This document shows positions 1 to 13,954 of a stretch of 64,000 nt of DNA, piece after piece. Every line of letters starts with the position of its first letter. Within the stretch, counting starts at the first letter, position 1. Origin of the DNA: Marsupella aquatica (taxonomy: Eukaryota; Plantae; Marchantiophyta). Below the pieces are notes generated by a model. That model was not told the origin of the DNA. It made no database searches and saw nothing but the letters and a program-made list of their open reading frames with translations. A program made the position numbers and the translations under genes. Location of the stretch: assembly GCA_973895155.1 (NCBI GenBank), contig OZ316892.1:21391619-21455618 (forward strand). Direction: 5' to 3'.

Positions 1-455
1 AAATCTTCATCGTGTTGACCACATGCCTTGCACTTATGAAGTGGGCAAGCTGTGGCAAGATCGGGCAAACATGAAAAACAAAAGAACCTCACACAATATC
101 TGTCAAGGCATTTCCTAACAAGTGGTGGAGCATCAACAGAGCCCTCATAAGACCCCAACATTCCACACTGTGCACACTTAGCCTGCTTCTCCAAGCAATC
201 AGTGCACATCCAGCCTCCCTGGTGTGCTGACGGGAGGCCCACCCCTGGACAGTTGTTTTCTGCAGCAAGGTCAGACTCCGGGTTGAGGTGGAAATGCCTC
301 ATGCAAGGGCCCTCACATATGGCTAAGCCTCCACCATCGTCACAAATGGCACAACAATGAGCTGCCTTCTGAAGTTACTACCATTTGGCCCAACTACACT
401 TGTGTTGCTCACCCTCTGTCCCCCGCTTCTTGGCTCGGATTTTAGGGCGTGCCAT
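1..455 (-). pseudogene. EDM2-like composite PHD-finger gene, second copy (5' part, frameshifted, runs off window)
   Basis: Reverse complement of 44400-44875; ATG at 455-453. A 19-nt deletion near 370 relative to the other copy shifts the frame. It retains CAG where the other copy has TAG. Confidence 0.8.
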
Positions 456-1746
456 GCCTACGCATGAGACAGATAGTAGAATTTAGCAGAGTGCACAGAC
501 AATACAATTTAGCAATGTACAAAAAGTACAATGTAGCATATAAACTAGAGTGGCAATTGCTACTACAATGAAATGATCACACACAGATGCAGAGTAGACA
601 TACTTTTTGGTTTGTTGAGCCCACACTGAAAACTGATCCCCTAGTACAATAGCTCCACCTACACCTCAATTTGTGGCTATGATTCACCAAAGGAGATCTG
701 CAACAAGATTTAATGCATTTGAATCACATACAATAGTCATGACATGTAAAACAGGCATTTTTTGAACAGGATTGGTATCAAGCAGTGTGATCAGGGTTGT
801 AATTTATACATCCTAAATAGGCTATGATAGTGAATGAGACAAATAAGTTAGGCATAAATCACTTTTTCTAGGTTATCACATGGCCCATAAATTCCAGTCT
901 TTGAAAGGAGACTTTTAAGTGAGCTTGCTAGCCTCGTAAATTAGGATATTCTACTTAGTGCAACCATAATAGGATAAGTTATGTACTGTTGACCCTAAAA
1001 CCTGGACCCAAAATTGCTCATAATTCAAAATTTTAAGTAAATATCCTCTCTGTTCAAGTCCGAGTGTTAAGTTATAGGTCAATGGTCTCTGGTCTGTGCA
1101 TGCGGTGTGACAAGTGGTCCTCTAGAGCGTGTGATCCAAACATGTGTAGACACCAAAGTCATCGGTGGTGGGGTCTGGGAGGGCAAGACAAGTGACATTG
1201 CCAGGCACACTGTAGGATGGCGAGTGGTTCCAGATGATACATTGTGCTCTGTGCAAAAACCGACATCCAAGAGAATGGTCATCCAACTCTGGGACAGAAG
1301 CCCTACAGGCAGGACAGTCATATTGGCAACTATGCACACACCCTTGGCACCTAATTTGTGGTGGGTCATGTACAAGAGACACAAATACCAAGGATGTCGG
1401 GAAGGGTACTGAAGCAGGTAGAGGCCGGCTGTAGTTGTTCCTGGCAACAACAAGGTACTCAAAGTACCATGCAGACTAGGCTGGAAGGATCCCAAGTCTG
1501 ACATACTCAAGGCGCAACATCTTTGCCTTGCGTGCAAGCCGCACATGTTCAGCGTTGTGGGTCCTCACCATAAGTGCTACTTTTGTGGAGATGTCCTGTG
1601 TTCACATCCTCGGATAAGCACCTTCAATCAGCAAGGTGAGCAGGAGCTGTACTTGCCTCACCAACAGCAACCAACCTTAAATTATCAGTTCCCACTCACT
1701 GTGTCATTCCCTTGGTTCCAGCTAGAGGTCACAGTATAAACATAGT

Positions 1747-4700
1747 TGTCACGTTGTCAGCTTTGGCCTTAACTCGGGCTGCAGCTTAGACGGGCACATC
1801 CTTCATAAATATGAGGGTTCGGGCAGGGAGGGAAGCATGTAATGCACCTAATTCGTGTAAACTAGCGCTAAGTGCGCCCATTGTTAGATACGAACACCTC
1901 CTAGGTATGGTTTGTATTCCGCCACCGGAACATACCTTAGTCGATAGCAGGATAAGGGCTTCTAAGCCTTCGTGTTGCCCGCCTTCGATCCGGATTTGAT
2001 GATACAAGTCCTCAACCCGTGCTTGCAACCACTTACCCGCAAGCTGCACCCCGTGCACGATTTGGGTAGTGCGTTCGGCCCGACGTTGTCACCTATACAC
2101 GAGATTCACCCATACATATACACGCACAAGCATACAATCTCAATTTACACGAAGGAAATGGTGGGAAAGGATTTTACTACATAGGGGACATATGCGTACA
2201 CTTGATTGACCCAACAGCTTTGGAGTGAACAGGTCCAAGGCCGAGGGTGTACACTACAACGGAGCCCGGCTCCGCACTCGCCCAACGAGCTTAGTCCTAC
2301 CCCCTCCCCTTGGTACTCTTCCACTCCCAGAGGTCAGGACTCCTCGCACATACCGCGGATGTCCAATTTGAGACTAAAATAACCCCCCCTTGCCTCTACC
2401 GAGGGGTGCACTAAATACTAAGGGCCAGGGAACGGAGTGTCCTCCCGCCCAAAGATTCGCTGACTTAGGTCCTAACTAATTTGACTGTCAGGCCAAAAAA
2501 CGGCTGTGTCTTATTAGAAGATCCTAACCTACGCAGGCTGGACAGCATGGCGGTGCTGCTCTAACTAGGGTAGGTTCCTGTCCCCATAGCCTGATTTAGC
2601 TATTCCTAACCCTATTCTATTCCTACTCTGCCGCTAATGCCTGGCACGCTTGCCAGAGCCGCCCGAGTGGGAGCGGCCATCCCGTTGCTTACGAAGTCTA
2701 TCGTTGTCCGCCGTGAGGAGCTAGACCTGGTCCAGCAGAGATTCGTTCTCTCGCTTCGCCGCGTCCGTCTCCTCCGCTGCCTCTTGGCATGCCTCCTCTA
2801 GCTGCTGGGCGTCGCTCGTCAGCTTGCCCGCCAGTTGGTCTTGCTTCTCAGCTTTGGTTTGGAGCCGCGCCACTTCGGCCTGTAGCATAGCTATCTCCGC
2901 AGTGTCCCGCTGGGCCCGTTCTTCGGCCTCCTCCAGGTCTTTCTTCCAGATGACAGTTTGATTCTTCAAACTATCAATCTGGTTCCGGAGTTGTGCAATC
3001 TCGGTCTCGTTCCCAGCTTTGGCCTATTCGGCTAGGGCGGTAAGGGCGTGCGCCTTTGCTAATAACTCATCGACGACTGCAATTTTGGGTCGTAGTTGCA
3101 GAAGCTCAGCCTCTTGAGCCGCAACTTTGTTCTTTAAGTATACGGACTCCACCCGATACCACTCTATCCTTTGAAGGGCCTGTGACTGGGCCCGACCTGC
3201 CTTTACTGCGGCAACCAACTCCTGATTGAAGAAACAAGCTACCTTTTGAGCCATGAACTCCCCGGTATCCTGGGAAATTTGATGAGAGAAATCTCCCAGA
3301 AGCCCGTTCAGAAATGTACCCGGTACAAAGAGTTTCGGGTGGTCCAGGTTGTGCCTGTCCGGAGTTGGGCACGGGCAGACGTCAACACGCGCGGGGGCCG
3401 GGGTAGTGACATCCAGCCTTGGGGACGTAGTGTTGGAAGGGGTTGGAGTGTCCTCCTGCAGCAATGTCCGGTGCTTCGGAATAGCCACCGGTGGGTCTTT
3501 GGGAGACCCGGGCTCGAGTAAGGCCTCCGCTGTACCAACTTCTGTACTTGGCCCGACCTGTTGGATCGCATCTACGGTTGCGATAATCGACCCATCCGGT
3601 ACCTCCTCGGTTACGACTACAGCTACTTGTGGAGGTGGGGTGGGTGAAGCCTGCATGTCCGCTGGACTTCGGGCCTCGGGTTGGGGCCGTCTCTCCAAGG
3701 CCGGGAAAACCCACCTAGCTGGGACCAGCTTTGTAACTTTGACACGGGGAAGGGTTCGTCGATCAAACCGAGCGTACCACTCAAGAATGATCTCGATGTG
3801 GCTTGCGAAATACGCCTTTTTGCCGATGTATAGCGTCTTTCTTCGCCGCTCCATCTCTTCATGGAATTTCTTAGCGAAGTACAACGCCCACTTCCTAGGT
3901 CGATAGTTCTCGACCTGGATAACTTGGGCAGCGGAGATCTCACCCCGGGGTTCCATCATGTGGAGGGCGTACCTTTGGAACTCCAGTCGCTCAGCTATCT
4001 CGGGGATGAGGCAGGTCCTCATCACGAACCCGTTGTCCACTGCTCCCTCTGAGGAAAAACTCGAGGATTGGTACTTGGCTCCCTTTCCCCCGAGAGCCCA
4101 TGATTCGACTCAATGGTCACCTTCGGGTAAGCCGAAGATCATCTTGAGCCGTTCTTCCATGAGGGACATATTCCTTCCCCGCAGCCGAGTACCGTCATGT
4201 CCTCCCCGTAGTACCTGCAAGTGTTCCAGGGGAGAGAGGCGAGGTGCTCGAATCCCTGAGTCTTCAGGTACACCGCATGTTTGGGATGGAGGATGTTTTT
4301 ATGCACGTTTTCCCCCATGCGGTGCATTGTCACCTTGGCCGCGGCTACCATGGCCAATGGTAACCCGGATGTAGGGCGGGTTCCTTCCTCTTCTTCCCCC
4401 GTGACTGGCTCGGGGAGGGTGACACCTCTCCATCCTCTCGATCGGGCATAGGTAGTGCTACCGCCGTTAGTATTGGGCCCGGGGCGGCCACGGTCACCAT
4501 GTTGTCTATTGGAGCCGCTCCTTGGGTCCGAGCATGGGGAGGGGATGATGTAGTGTCGGCCCCCTGAGTGTTTGCTCCTCTGGGCCGCCTGAGCAAGGGT
4601 GGGGTAGCCTTGTCGTTGTCGCTGAGGTCCACAACATTGATGACGGAGCGTACTTGTACTGGCGGGGCGATCGATGGTGGGGGTTGGCTAGGCTGAGGCT

Positions 4701-5718
4701 GAGACTGAAGTTGAGTCTGAGTCTGCGTTGCTGCGGGTACGGGTATGGGGTCGACTGGGCCGGCGCCAACGGTTGCGGGTCTAGTTCCCATGAAGCTCTG
4801 CAGGTGCTGGTAGAAGTTCTCCGAAGCAAGTGCAGACGGCCTTGTCGAACGGGTAGTGTTGGACTCGCTGTTGATGATAGCCCGAACCTGAGCAGGGATG
4901 TGGTCGAAGTGGCGTCGTTGCAAGTCGATCGTACCTGGGATATTGAAGACCTCGTCCAGAAGCCGAAGCAATGCTTCCCAGAAACTGATATATTTTTCTC
5001 CATTGAAGAAGTACCCAGATACCTCTGCTGGTCGGTAAAGCTCGCTCTAAGACGGGTAGTCAAAGTTAAGGATATAGTGGTGTCGTCCTGCTAGGCGGAT
5101 GGCTCTCTCGTACTCGCGTTCGATTTTGTATCGGCGTGGGTTGGCGTGTTTCAATGAGTCGGCCAAGTGTCTTCTGGTAGATAGGAACTACGTCCAGAAT
5201 CGAATGGCCAAACTGGAGAGGATCGTGTGCGGCATTCAGAGGAGATAGCAGTGGCGACTAAGAGTGAAGGAGAGAGCTGGGGTCAAAGCTGGCGCGTGGA
5301 CTGATGGACTGGTGCACTACAAAGGGTCGGCTCCCTTTTTATACCTTGAGGGCTGGTCGATCCCTCGATGTCTCCTCGTTGCCTATAGGCTGAACCGTTC
5401 ACGCTTGTAGTGTACCGGCCGGCCACTCCGCCGGTCTAAGTCATCGCGTGTCAGTGGATGCCTCTCAAAGTTTGTTATACGGACCCAAGGGGGGGAGAGA
5501 AAAAGGGCCCATCACACGATCGCAACCCGGGCGTGCGAATGGCGACGCGCCGCCAGCCCGAACATGAATTCCCCTTATTGACTAATGATTTCCTACTCAT
5601 AATGGCTACCTAAATACTGTCGTTATGCTAATCATAGCGGCCTAAGATACCCCTAACGCGCGTGCTAAGCATGGTTTAGACCAAATCACTCATTACTCGC
5701 CGTACCGCCGGCGTCACA
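1747..5718 (-). mobile_element. 3972-bp TG..CA element (coding solo-LTR-like unit), family X copy 1
   Basis: Ends TGTCACG...CGTCACA; TSD ATAGT 1742-1746 / ATAGC 5719-5723. The empty site is visible in the paralogous region near 43105-43118. Colinear with 57013-61029. No internal direct repeat. Confidence 0.92.
2634..5236 (-). pseudogene. Disrupted family-X protein: N-terminal FW domain, PMD/Transposase_32-like domain, Pro-rich linker, coiled coil
   Basis: ORF pieces 4345-4971, 4139-4357, 3024-4040 and 2721-2969 match the 57866-59926 protein; broken by indels and stops. Outer boundaries inferred from copy 2. Confidence 0.8.
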
Positions 5719-7420
5719 ATAGCATGAAACACTCCTAATCAACTTGCTTACAAACTACGATATCCAGAAAGAGTGAAAGTCTCACCCTACAGTGAGCAAC
5801 AAAGAGGTAGTTCACTGGATGTGTTGATGTGCAGTTAAACCTCCACTATTGCTTACTTCCGGTGTATGCTGCTCAGAAAAAGACATCTTAGTAGCAGAAA
5901 ATTGAGAGTAGGATTCAAAATAGAGCTTGCAAGCGGGCTTGCAAGAGTGAATGAGCAGGAGTGTAGGCAGACTGGAATGAAACTCGTCCATAAAATAGTT
6001 GGAAACTAAAGAGTGGATGCAAAATGAAGCAAATTGCAGCACAGGTTGGCACAGGAAGTGGCCAGCAGCACTCACTCATACTTCATGAAGGATCTTTCAA
6101 GAAAAGGCCCCACCACAAGGGGGTGGCAGAAAGCAGACAAGGCTTCAGGAAGATGGGAACACAAGTCTGACCCACTGCCAAGAAGAAAGAAAACCATTCT
6201 CAACCACCCTCTATCATCAATGACAGGACATATATTCAAAAATGCAAGTTGCATATGATGAAAACAACAACATAAACTGAATTCTCAATATAAACTGCTT
6301 ATGGAGCTTTCGGGATCATTCCAAGAGCAAATGTCAACATGCCAATAGATGAAAACTCTGGCGTATAGGGCATTGCATTCCACAGAGACGTCTGCACCAA
6401 AGAGCTTGGAAGCAATTGCCTATCTGCTGGAAGCAGGAAACATATATGTAAATCCCAAGCCCATACTACACTGGAGATGATCACCTCACGACAACTCTTA
6501 CTCACCTTGCAGCACGGAGATTCTCAAAGCACACCAAGATGAGTCCTTGTAGCAAGTGAATGTTGGGCGGTGTCATGTAAGGCGCAAATCAACAGCTCGC
6601 TCCCTCCTATCTCCCTATCTGACGTATTTCTTGACATATTTAAGTAGTGCAATTTAAGCAGTCAGATGCTACTGACATAGCAATTAAGCACAAAGGCTAG
6701 TTCATGTCTTTTTACATAGAATTTTGGATTGAAGTAATCAGAGCTATACATCTAAACTTACGGTGCCAACTCCGTCAGTAGTTGCTAAAAACGGCATGGG
6801 AAACACTGGTATGATAGGAACTCAAGAAAACATTTGCGACAATGTCTTCACAGGAAAAGAAGAATCGCTAAGTGCAGTATTCTTAAGAGTAGTTTCGTTC
6901 TAATTCTGAAATCTACACATAGGACGGAAACCCAGGACATTTCTCATGAAAATTGAAGATCCCTTTGACAACTCCATGACAGCCTATTCCGCATTGTGTC
7001 CGCCCCATGCAAGCGAGGGGTGTTCATCCGAGCTTAGTCTAACCACGAATGATTGTTCTGGAAGCAGTTGCGACAATGTTTTGGTAATTTTCTCCTATCC
7101 AACTCAATAGCTCACAAACATGGCATTGGACCCATTAGCAAATTATACTTGCCATCATTCTCAACTGTATTACATGGCCCACACTGCTGATGTCCCTGAC
7201 TCTTAAGGGAAACTCATCTCCTGGGCCAGCAACATCTCAGATTCTACAAAAATGAGAAACTGTGAAGACTTATGGATTCCCACATTATGCAAAAGCTGTA
7301 TGGCACAACTACATGTATGGTGCAACTAGATGGACCCAACAAGCTAGAAATTTGGGAAACCATGGTACAGAGCTCATTTTGTGCCTCCTAAGAAGAAATG
7401 ATACGCAGTTCCTCAAGATG

Positions 7421-7925
7421 CACTAGTACATTTTTGACGACTTTCCGATACTCAAAATGCGACTATTTTGTCATGTCCGAACCCGAGAGAATCGGACATT
7501 GTTCGATACAAATACCTTCGTAATGTCCGATGTGCACCACATCGGATTTAGTTAGTCCGATGTGTTCCCTAACGCAACCAATATCCCATATCGGTTACAT
7601 CGGAACGTTTCCAAAACTAAATGAATCGGACATTTGACTGGAAAAGTATTGTCAAGGGTCCGATCTTCAGGTTATCGAATACAATGTGCGTTAGAGACAA
7701 CATCGGATATTGTCTGATGTTTATTCCAACGGACATGGTTTTTGTAATAGAATACTACAGACATAAATTGCGTAAGGTAAAGATCAGAAACATTTTCGAA
7801 GCAGTCAATATCGGACCCCTCTGTTGGAACATTGGACAAGGGGTCCGATTGATATCGGACAATTGCTGCGATTGAGCCTTTTGTGCTCCGATGCATATCC
7901 GATGCAAGTTTCATCGGATAGACCA
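7421..7925. repeat. Left subterminal repeat array of CACTA A (TCCGA/TCGGA core, both orientations)
   Basis: Dense GTCCGAT/ATCGGAC variants directly inside the TIR. Confidence 0.85.
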
Positions 7926-10032
7926 TTGGACACTAGTTATCTTGAGGTTCTTAGTTGAGTGGGGTTGAGAGAAGTATTAGAGATACTTTATGGAATATGT
8001 TTTATGCAAGAGTGGACATTGAGAAACAAATATAGTGCTGAGAAATATATAATGTCGGGAAAATAAACACAAATATGGTAGGGGGCTAGCTATAGTTGCT
8101 ACTTACTAGCTAAGTGGTGGAGGGGATGTCATCATCTTCCACTACAACTACATTGGGTCTATCCTGGACTATGGATCGTGATCGAGGGATATATGGCATC
8201 ACAATAGACCAATTTGAGTCATCCGGATAAGGTAGGTAAAAACATTGCTCAAGGTGATGTGGGAATGCAAACGGATCTGAAGACCTCCAATTTGAGCTGA
8301 TAACACTTGTCTTCAACCGAGTAAATCCGCATGCATCATCTTCACATGTACGATTGTGGCCCACAAGATTCATTTTGAACCATTTGCACTTCAATACCAC
8401 TTCCTCCAAAGTAGTATGTGCATGGTACTTCACAGTTAGGATCTCCTCAATCTTTCCATAATGAGCGATAGTGGACCGAATGGGATTCCTGTCCGATGTG
8501 TTGCTCTGTGAATCCTGGGTGAACCAACCCATGACCCCACAATCTTGTGTAGCTGCCCTCTTCTCATCAAGTCGTTCCACATGAAAGTGTCTTCCCTTGG
8601 ACCACATGGCAGTCCAAGTTGTGACTATAAGTAGTGGACCATGAACAAGGGTACAAAGCTTATCATTCACCTCTAGATAATGCAATACACTCTCCCCTGT
8701 ACCCACCAAGGCATCCACTTCTAACAACTTTGACTTCATGTATGGGTGAAACTTAGGAAATATCCGTGGTCGTTGACTATTTTGCTTCTCCTCCTCATAA
8801 AACGATGTCCACTCCCCTACAACCTCTGGTGAGTTGTACAACATAAATGTTGTGAGTTGCAAACGCTCCGCTGAGCTTAAGAGACGCTCTTTTGATGCCC
8901 TTGTGAGTCTATTGTGATGCCTAGCCAGGAATCACTAGGCCGGTTTACATGGTAAAAGCAGGAGTGTACCCTGGAAACACCTTAGTATAGTAACAAGACA
9001 AGGAAAATATAAACAATTAAGGGTGACTATGGAACCCGGGTCGAGGCCAGAAGTAAGGACGTCGGGGGAGAGAATACGATTAGGGTTAGGGCGCGCTAAG
9101 CGTCGGCGGCTAGGGGTGACCAACGGGAGGGAAGACCAGAGGAGGAGAGGGGTAAGGACCGCTCGCAAGGGATAGTGGCTCATTTGCAAGCACAAACTGG
9201 GCAGACGACTACGGGAGGCCAAATACTGTCGGCTGCTTAGGCAAGCACTCTGGGTGGGAACATATACCAACGATCGAGTCAAGGAGGGTATGAGCAACGT
9301 CAATCAAGCGGCACATTTTTGGGGATGCCTGTTCGAACGGGCAACTGAGTACATTGGGACTTATGAGGATGAAGAATCGGAGAGAGTAGCTCGAGAACGG
9401 CAGGAGCTTGCTTGACTGTGGGAGCTGCAGAAGTTTGCCTTCTTAGGAGGAGAACTCATCAAGGCCGAGTTCTTGTAGACTCCTACTGCCAATCAGCTCG
9501 ATGACCTTCTATTTTGTGAAGACAGAATCGTCGGCATTCGGGAAGCCATCAACCGCTGCAACGACGTGCACTGGGAGTTGAAGGGTGGCACGGAGGGGTG
9601 GACAAAGGCAACTATGCTAGGAGAAACATCCAGACCAGCCGAGATGAAGAGGAAGGAAACAACAACGAAGAGGCCACCCTGGCAAAAAGAACGAGGTCGG
9701 CAGCACCAAGGAAGCCAGCAGAGCAGCAGAGCAGGAGGCAGGGAGAAGCCAAAGAGGAGGAGGTTGATCCCATCAATGCCATTCCAACAAATGATGACAC
9801 CTGGAAAGGCTGGGCGGCAACCCTACCAATGGAAGTGCAACTACATTTTGCACGGGAGGAGGATGCATGCTTTATGGCCATGCAGACCAAGAAGTACCAG
9901 GGCTTCATGGTTGGATCCGGCTTGGAAGCCTTTGTAAGATTACCATGGCTGAAGCCGGAGGTGCCGGACTCAGACTTATTAGAATTTGTGGGATCATGGG
10001 AACCCGAGACCAATTCCACGAGGGTGTATGGG

Positions 10033-13000
10033 TGTCGCGCCGCTAACCTGGGCCTTAAACCCGTTTGCCAGCGAATGGAATATAAGCTTTAGGTTCAGCG
10101 ATTATTATATCGCCCAACATGCCAAAACTCGCAGTAACTCCTCCTATTACTGTGTGCGACCTTGACCACCAGTAAGGGTGAGGGTTCGGGCAAGGAGGTG
10201 TGTAGTGACCTCAATTAGCCCTAAGTCGGGCTAAGTCGATATACTTACTGGTATAACACCTGAATAATTCGTACTAGTCATAGGTATATTTGTTTTCCAC
10301 CGCTGGAATATTCCCTCAGTTAGTGACGGACTAACTCTCGGCTTGGGGCCTTTCAAGCCATCGACACGACAGGACCTTGTGACATACAATGAGTGGCAAT
10401 CCCTACCATTAGTCCGCACCCGGTACGTCCCTTAAAATGGTGCCTTTACCCAGACAAAGCATACACACAACACCAGTTACTTGCAGAAACATTAGGGGGA
10501 AAAGACTACATTTACTCAGCGAAGCATCAGTTTACATGGTTGACTCGACTTCAAAGGGGGTCAGCAGGCCCAACGGCAGTCGATGCCCAGTCTCTACGAG
10601 GCCCTACCTCGTACTTGCCCAGCAAGCTCAACTCTGGCTCTCACTCCTTGGTGCACTCTGACCCTGCTCAGGCCGGGACTCCCCGTGCCTCACCTTCCCT
10701 CTGCTGAGATAACTAAGCCTTCTCCCCCTTCCTTAGCGGAAGGGGAAGCCTAAATACTACAATCGCGGAGGAGAGCCGGAGGATACTGCCTTCTTAGATA
10801 CTACCTACTGACTAACTACCTACTGACTACTGGCCGCGCCGCACTGACTGGTTGACCGTCGACGACAAGGTGCTGACCGGAATGGCAACGGCCAAGCCTA
10901 CTGACTAATTCTAGTCCGTTGATGGACTCCATCCTACGTTGGCTGATCCTAACTGATCCGGCCCTAATTCTTCTTACTGCTGCTAATCGGCGCCTAATGA
11001 CAGTCATTGTATTGTTACGCCTAACCGAAAGATGCCGCTGACTTAACTGCCTCGCACTGCGCCTGCTTCCACCCTTTGCTAACCACCCCTTACGTGTGTG
11101 CAGTGGTTGGACCAAGGCTGGTCCCCTTGTCGGTACGAGACCTCGAGCCGCCTTGATCAGAGGTGGGCCCAGGTTTTCCCCGCTGGAGGATGAGCAGGGT
11201 AATGCGGTCCTACAAGGCCTTGTTGTCCCGTACCGCCTCCTCCGCCTCATTTGCAGCTTCATCGACCTCGGTCTGGAGCCGTGCTACCTCCAGATTGAGC
11301 TGGTCGATGGAGTTGCGATGGATCTGGTCCTGTGCTAGCAATTTATCTCGTTCGGCGGAGAGACTAGCCACCTGCTGTGCTGCCTGCAAGAATTGTTTGT
11401 TGAGGTCGGTCAGGCTGGTAACCCAAGCTGAAGATTCTGAGCGTAATTGAAGCACGGTGTCATCCAGCTTCTTGAGTTCGACCTACGCTCCGCTTAACTC
11501 CTGGTTTAGTCCGTCCCTCTGTTCGACGGTGCGGACTAACTCCTCGCGGCGGGTTGTTGCCTCCTCCTCGAGGTGTTCTACCAACATCTGGAGGCGCCTG
11601 ATCTCATTCCCCTTCGCCATGAGTTCTTCTTCCAGGCGGCTTACGATCCGTGGTTGGTGCTCTAACATGAAGAAGGCTGGTTGAAAGTACGCCGAGACTT
11701 GTTGTCCGATGTACGTCGCCAGCTCCCCAGACATAGTCTAGCTAAACTTCTGGACCAGGTCGTAGGCCATGGTCCCCGGGGCTACTTGGTAGTCCTCCAT
11801 CCTCTCGGGTACCGGTGGTTCCTCGGCAGGGGCAATGAGCTCCTCCGTAGTCAGCGCTGGGGAGGGGAAGGTCTCTTCAGGTGGTGGAGGGATTGGGGGT
11901 GGTTGTACTGCGGGTAGCGGAGGCTCGACGGAAGGGGGCGGCAGAATTTCCACAGGGGGTGGTGGCGGAGTATTAGTCGGGGCTTCCGGCTTGGGGTTTG
12001 CCCGAGGGACGGTAGTCCGCGTAGTCGGGTTTGCCTCCTCTGGGGTGGGGGTGACATTACCCGGGGCTGAGGTGGCCATATTCTTTCCTCTGGCCTCCCG
12101 CCGTGCCTTGTACCAAGCGAGGATAATGGCGATATGACTTCCAAGTAAGTCTTCCCCCCAATAGCCATACCACCCTGAGCCCACTTCAGCTCCCCCGAGA
12201 ATCTTCGGTAGAAGAATTGGGCCCAGTTTCGTCGTTTGTACTGTTCCACCTGCACGATCGTGCAGAGGGAAATCTCAGATCGTGGCTCAATCATGTGTAG
12301 GGTAGTCCGTATGAAGTTAAGCCGCTCCATACAGGTTAAGTTGGTGCATGCCCCCTGCTTGTATCCATTGTCCGTCTTACCCTCGGGTTTGAAGTGCTGC
12401 GGCGTATACTCCTTATCCCAAATTTGGATTTCCATCGGCACCGGCCCGGTTGGTAGGCAGAAGATTTGCGTTAACCGATGCTCCGTGAGTGATAAGGCCT
12501 GCCCCGAAACCTTGGTGGTCGATGCGTCAGTGTCGAAATTGGAGATGAACTCACAAATCTCCTTCGGCCTGGCGGCGCACGGCCTCCATAGCAAGTGGGC
12601 GAACCGCTCCAACTAATGCTCCTTGAGATAGTCCGCATGTTCGAGTTTCTTGATCGCGACCCAGACTACTTTGGGGACGCGGATTACCTGTAATAAGTTG
12701 GACTTCGGGTTATCCGGGGGCCGTCGGGTCTGGTTGGTTGGGGGGTTTTCCGGGGCAGGTGCAGGTGCGGCGTCGGTCCGTGTTGATTCGAGGGCTGTCG
12801 TAGTCCTTGGCCGCTTATGAGGACGCTGTTCAAGTTGCAGACTAGCTCGCTCGGAACCCAAAGAACACTCCGTGTTGATTACTGGACGGACTTGGGACTG
12901 GTTTGGTGGTACTCCGGTGGTCATTGGTTGAGGCACTGGTGGTATCGGGGTAGCCATATCCCAGTTGAAGGCGTTGGAGCTTTCCCCGAGGAACGTAAGA

Positions 13001-13954
13001 TTACGCGCTGCTTCCCGTTGTCTGCTGATATCTTCCTGGCGCTTTTCGGCTGCGATCTGCTGGTCTAGGTATCCCGGAATCTTGTCGAACTCCGCTTGAG
13101 TAAGCCGCTGGTTGCCCTTCAGCTTAAAGAACTTCGCTGGAACCTCAAGAATCGCCTCAGCTACCGATCTAAGCCCTTCCTCGCTGAGATATAGTTCGGT
13201 GATGTAGTCTCGCAGCTCGTTGTAGCTGGAATCCCTGGTGATGGCCGTCCTTTCGCAATTAACCAGTGCTACCTTGGTCACCAGCCTCGCATATCTTTGT
13301 TCGTAAGCGGCCTTCTCGGGGCAAGAGTACCAGTAAGTCTCAAAGAACTTAGCACCTACCTCGCCAAACAAGGACCAAAATCCCAAGGCTGTGAGGGTCA
13401 TACTAACCTCATAGTCCGGTTTGTTGAGTCCGCGTTCCCACCCGGCTGGTCCTCTGTCTCGTGGAGGCCTCGCTCGTCCTGACTAAATCTCGCCACATTC
13501 CGCTCTTCTCCCTCGATAATCTCCTTGTAAAGGTGACTCGATTCGATCAGCAGGGCGAGTGGGTGGCAACGTCGAATTCAAAGAAAGGTAGACATGAGCA
13601 AATGGCCCGCAGCACCATCGGCTCCTCTCTTATGGAGGTGCCAGGATGAGCCCGAGCGTGAGAAAGCCAGGCCATTTTGGTCATTGATAGCGAGCTGAAG
13701 TCGGCGCCTCGGTCGGACAAGCGTGATTCTTCTAACTGATTTTTACTCCACTGCCGCCACCGTACCTCGGTCGCGCGTAATAGTCCCCTTCCTTAACTCG
13801 TAATGATTCGATCATCTTAACCTACTCCTAATCTAATCATAATGGCAACAGACGGCTATACGTGCTATTCTACACTATGGCTACGGTCCTAATGACCGTA
13901 TAAGTCCTAATCTACGACCTGGGTTCGGTCAAGTGACACGTTACCCGTGTCACA
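10033..13954 (-). mobile_element. 3922-bp TG..CA element family Y, nested in family Z
   Basis: Ends TGTCGCG...GTGTCACA; perfect TSD ATGGG 10028-10032 / 13955-13959; no LTR pair. Confidence 0.92.
11100..13401 (-). pseudogene. Family-Y protein (FW domain, PMD/Transposase_32-like domain, Pro-rich linker, coiled coil), disrupted
   Basis: ORFs 12613-13401, 11851-12612, 11738-12184, 11483-11734 and 11210-11455 are colinear with the family X protein (LHMIEPRSEIS vs LHMMEPRGEIS; SHIAIILAWY vs SHIEIILEWY). The 3' end is approximate. Confidence 0.82.

Larger units (their letters stand above)
1..5905 (-). mobile_element. Partial inverted copy of CACTA family C (cargo region), interrupted by a 4-kb TG..CA insert
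   Basis: 1-1746 plus 5719-~5905 is the reverse complement of ~42930-44875 at high identity. Homology is lost beyond ~5905. No TIR of this copy lies in the window. Confidence 0.85.

Noticed and set aside
3349-3906. Antisense ORFs in GC-rich elements (also 58861-59418, 4654-5094)
   Set aside because: Shadow frames of the main ORF with no recognisable motifs.
1-5905. Large inverted segmental duplication or assembly artefact with 42930-44875
   Set aside because: The copies differ by many substitutions, indels and one insertion; better explained as independent CACTA copies.
7440-7925. Regular short repeats suggesting a CRISPR array
   Set aside because: Degenerate 5-8 bp motifs in both orientations next to a CACTA TIR; these are subterminal repeats in eukaryotic DNA.
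7931-7950. Internal CACTAGT with a short inverted match to 7411-7427
   Set aside because: It lacks the ACATTTTT TIR extension and has no partner or TSD; treated as chance.
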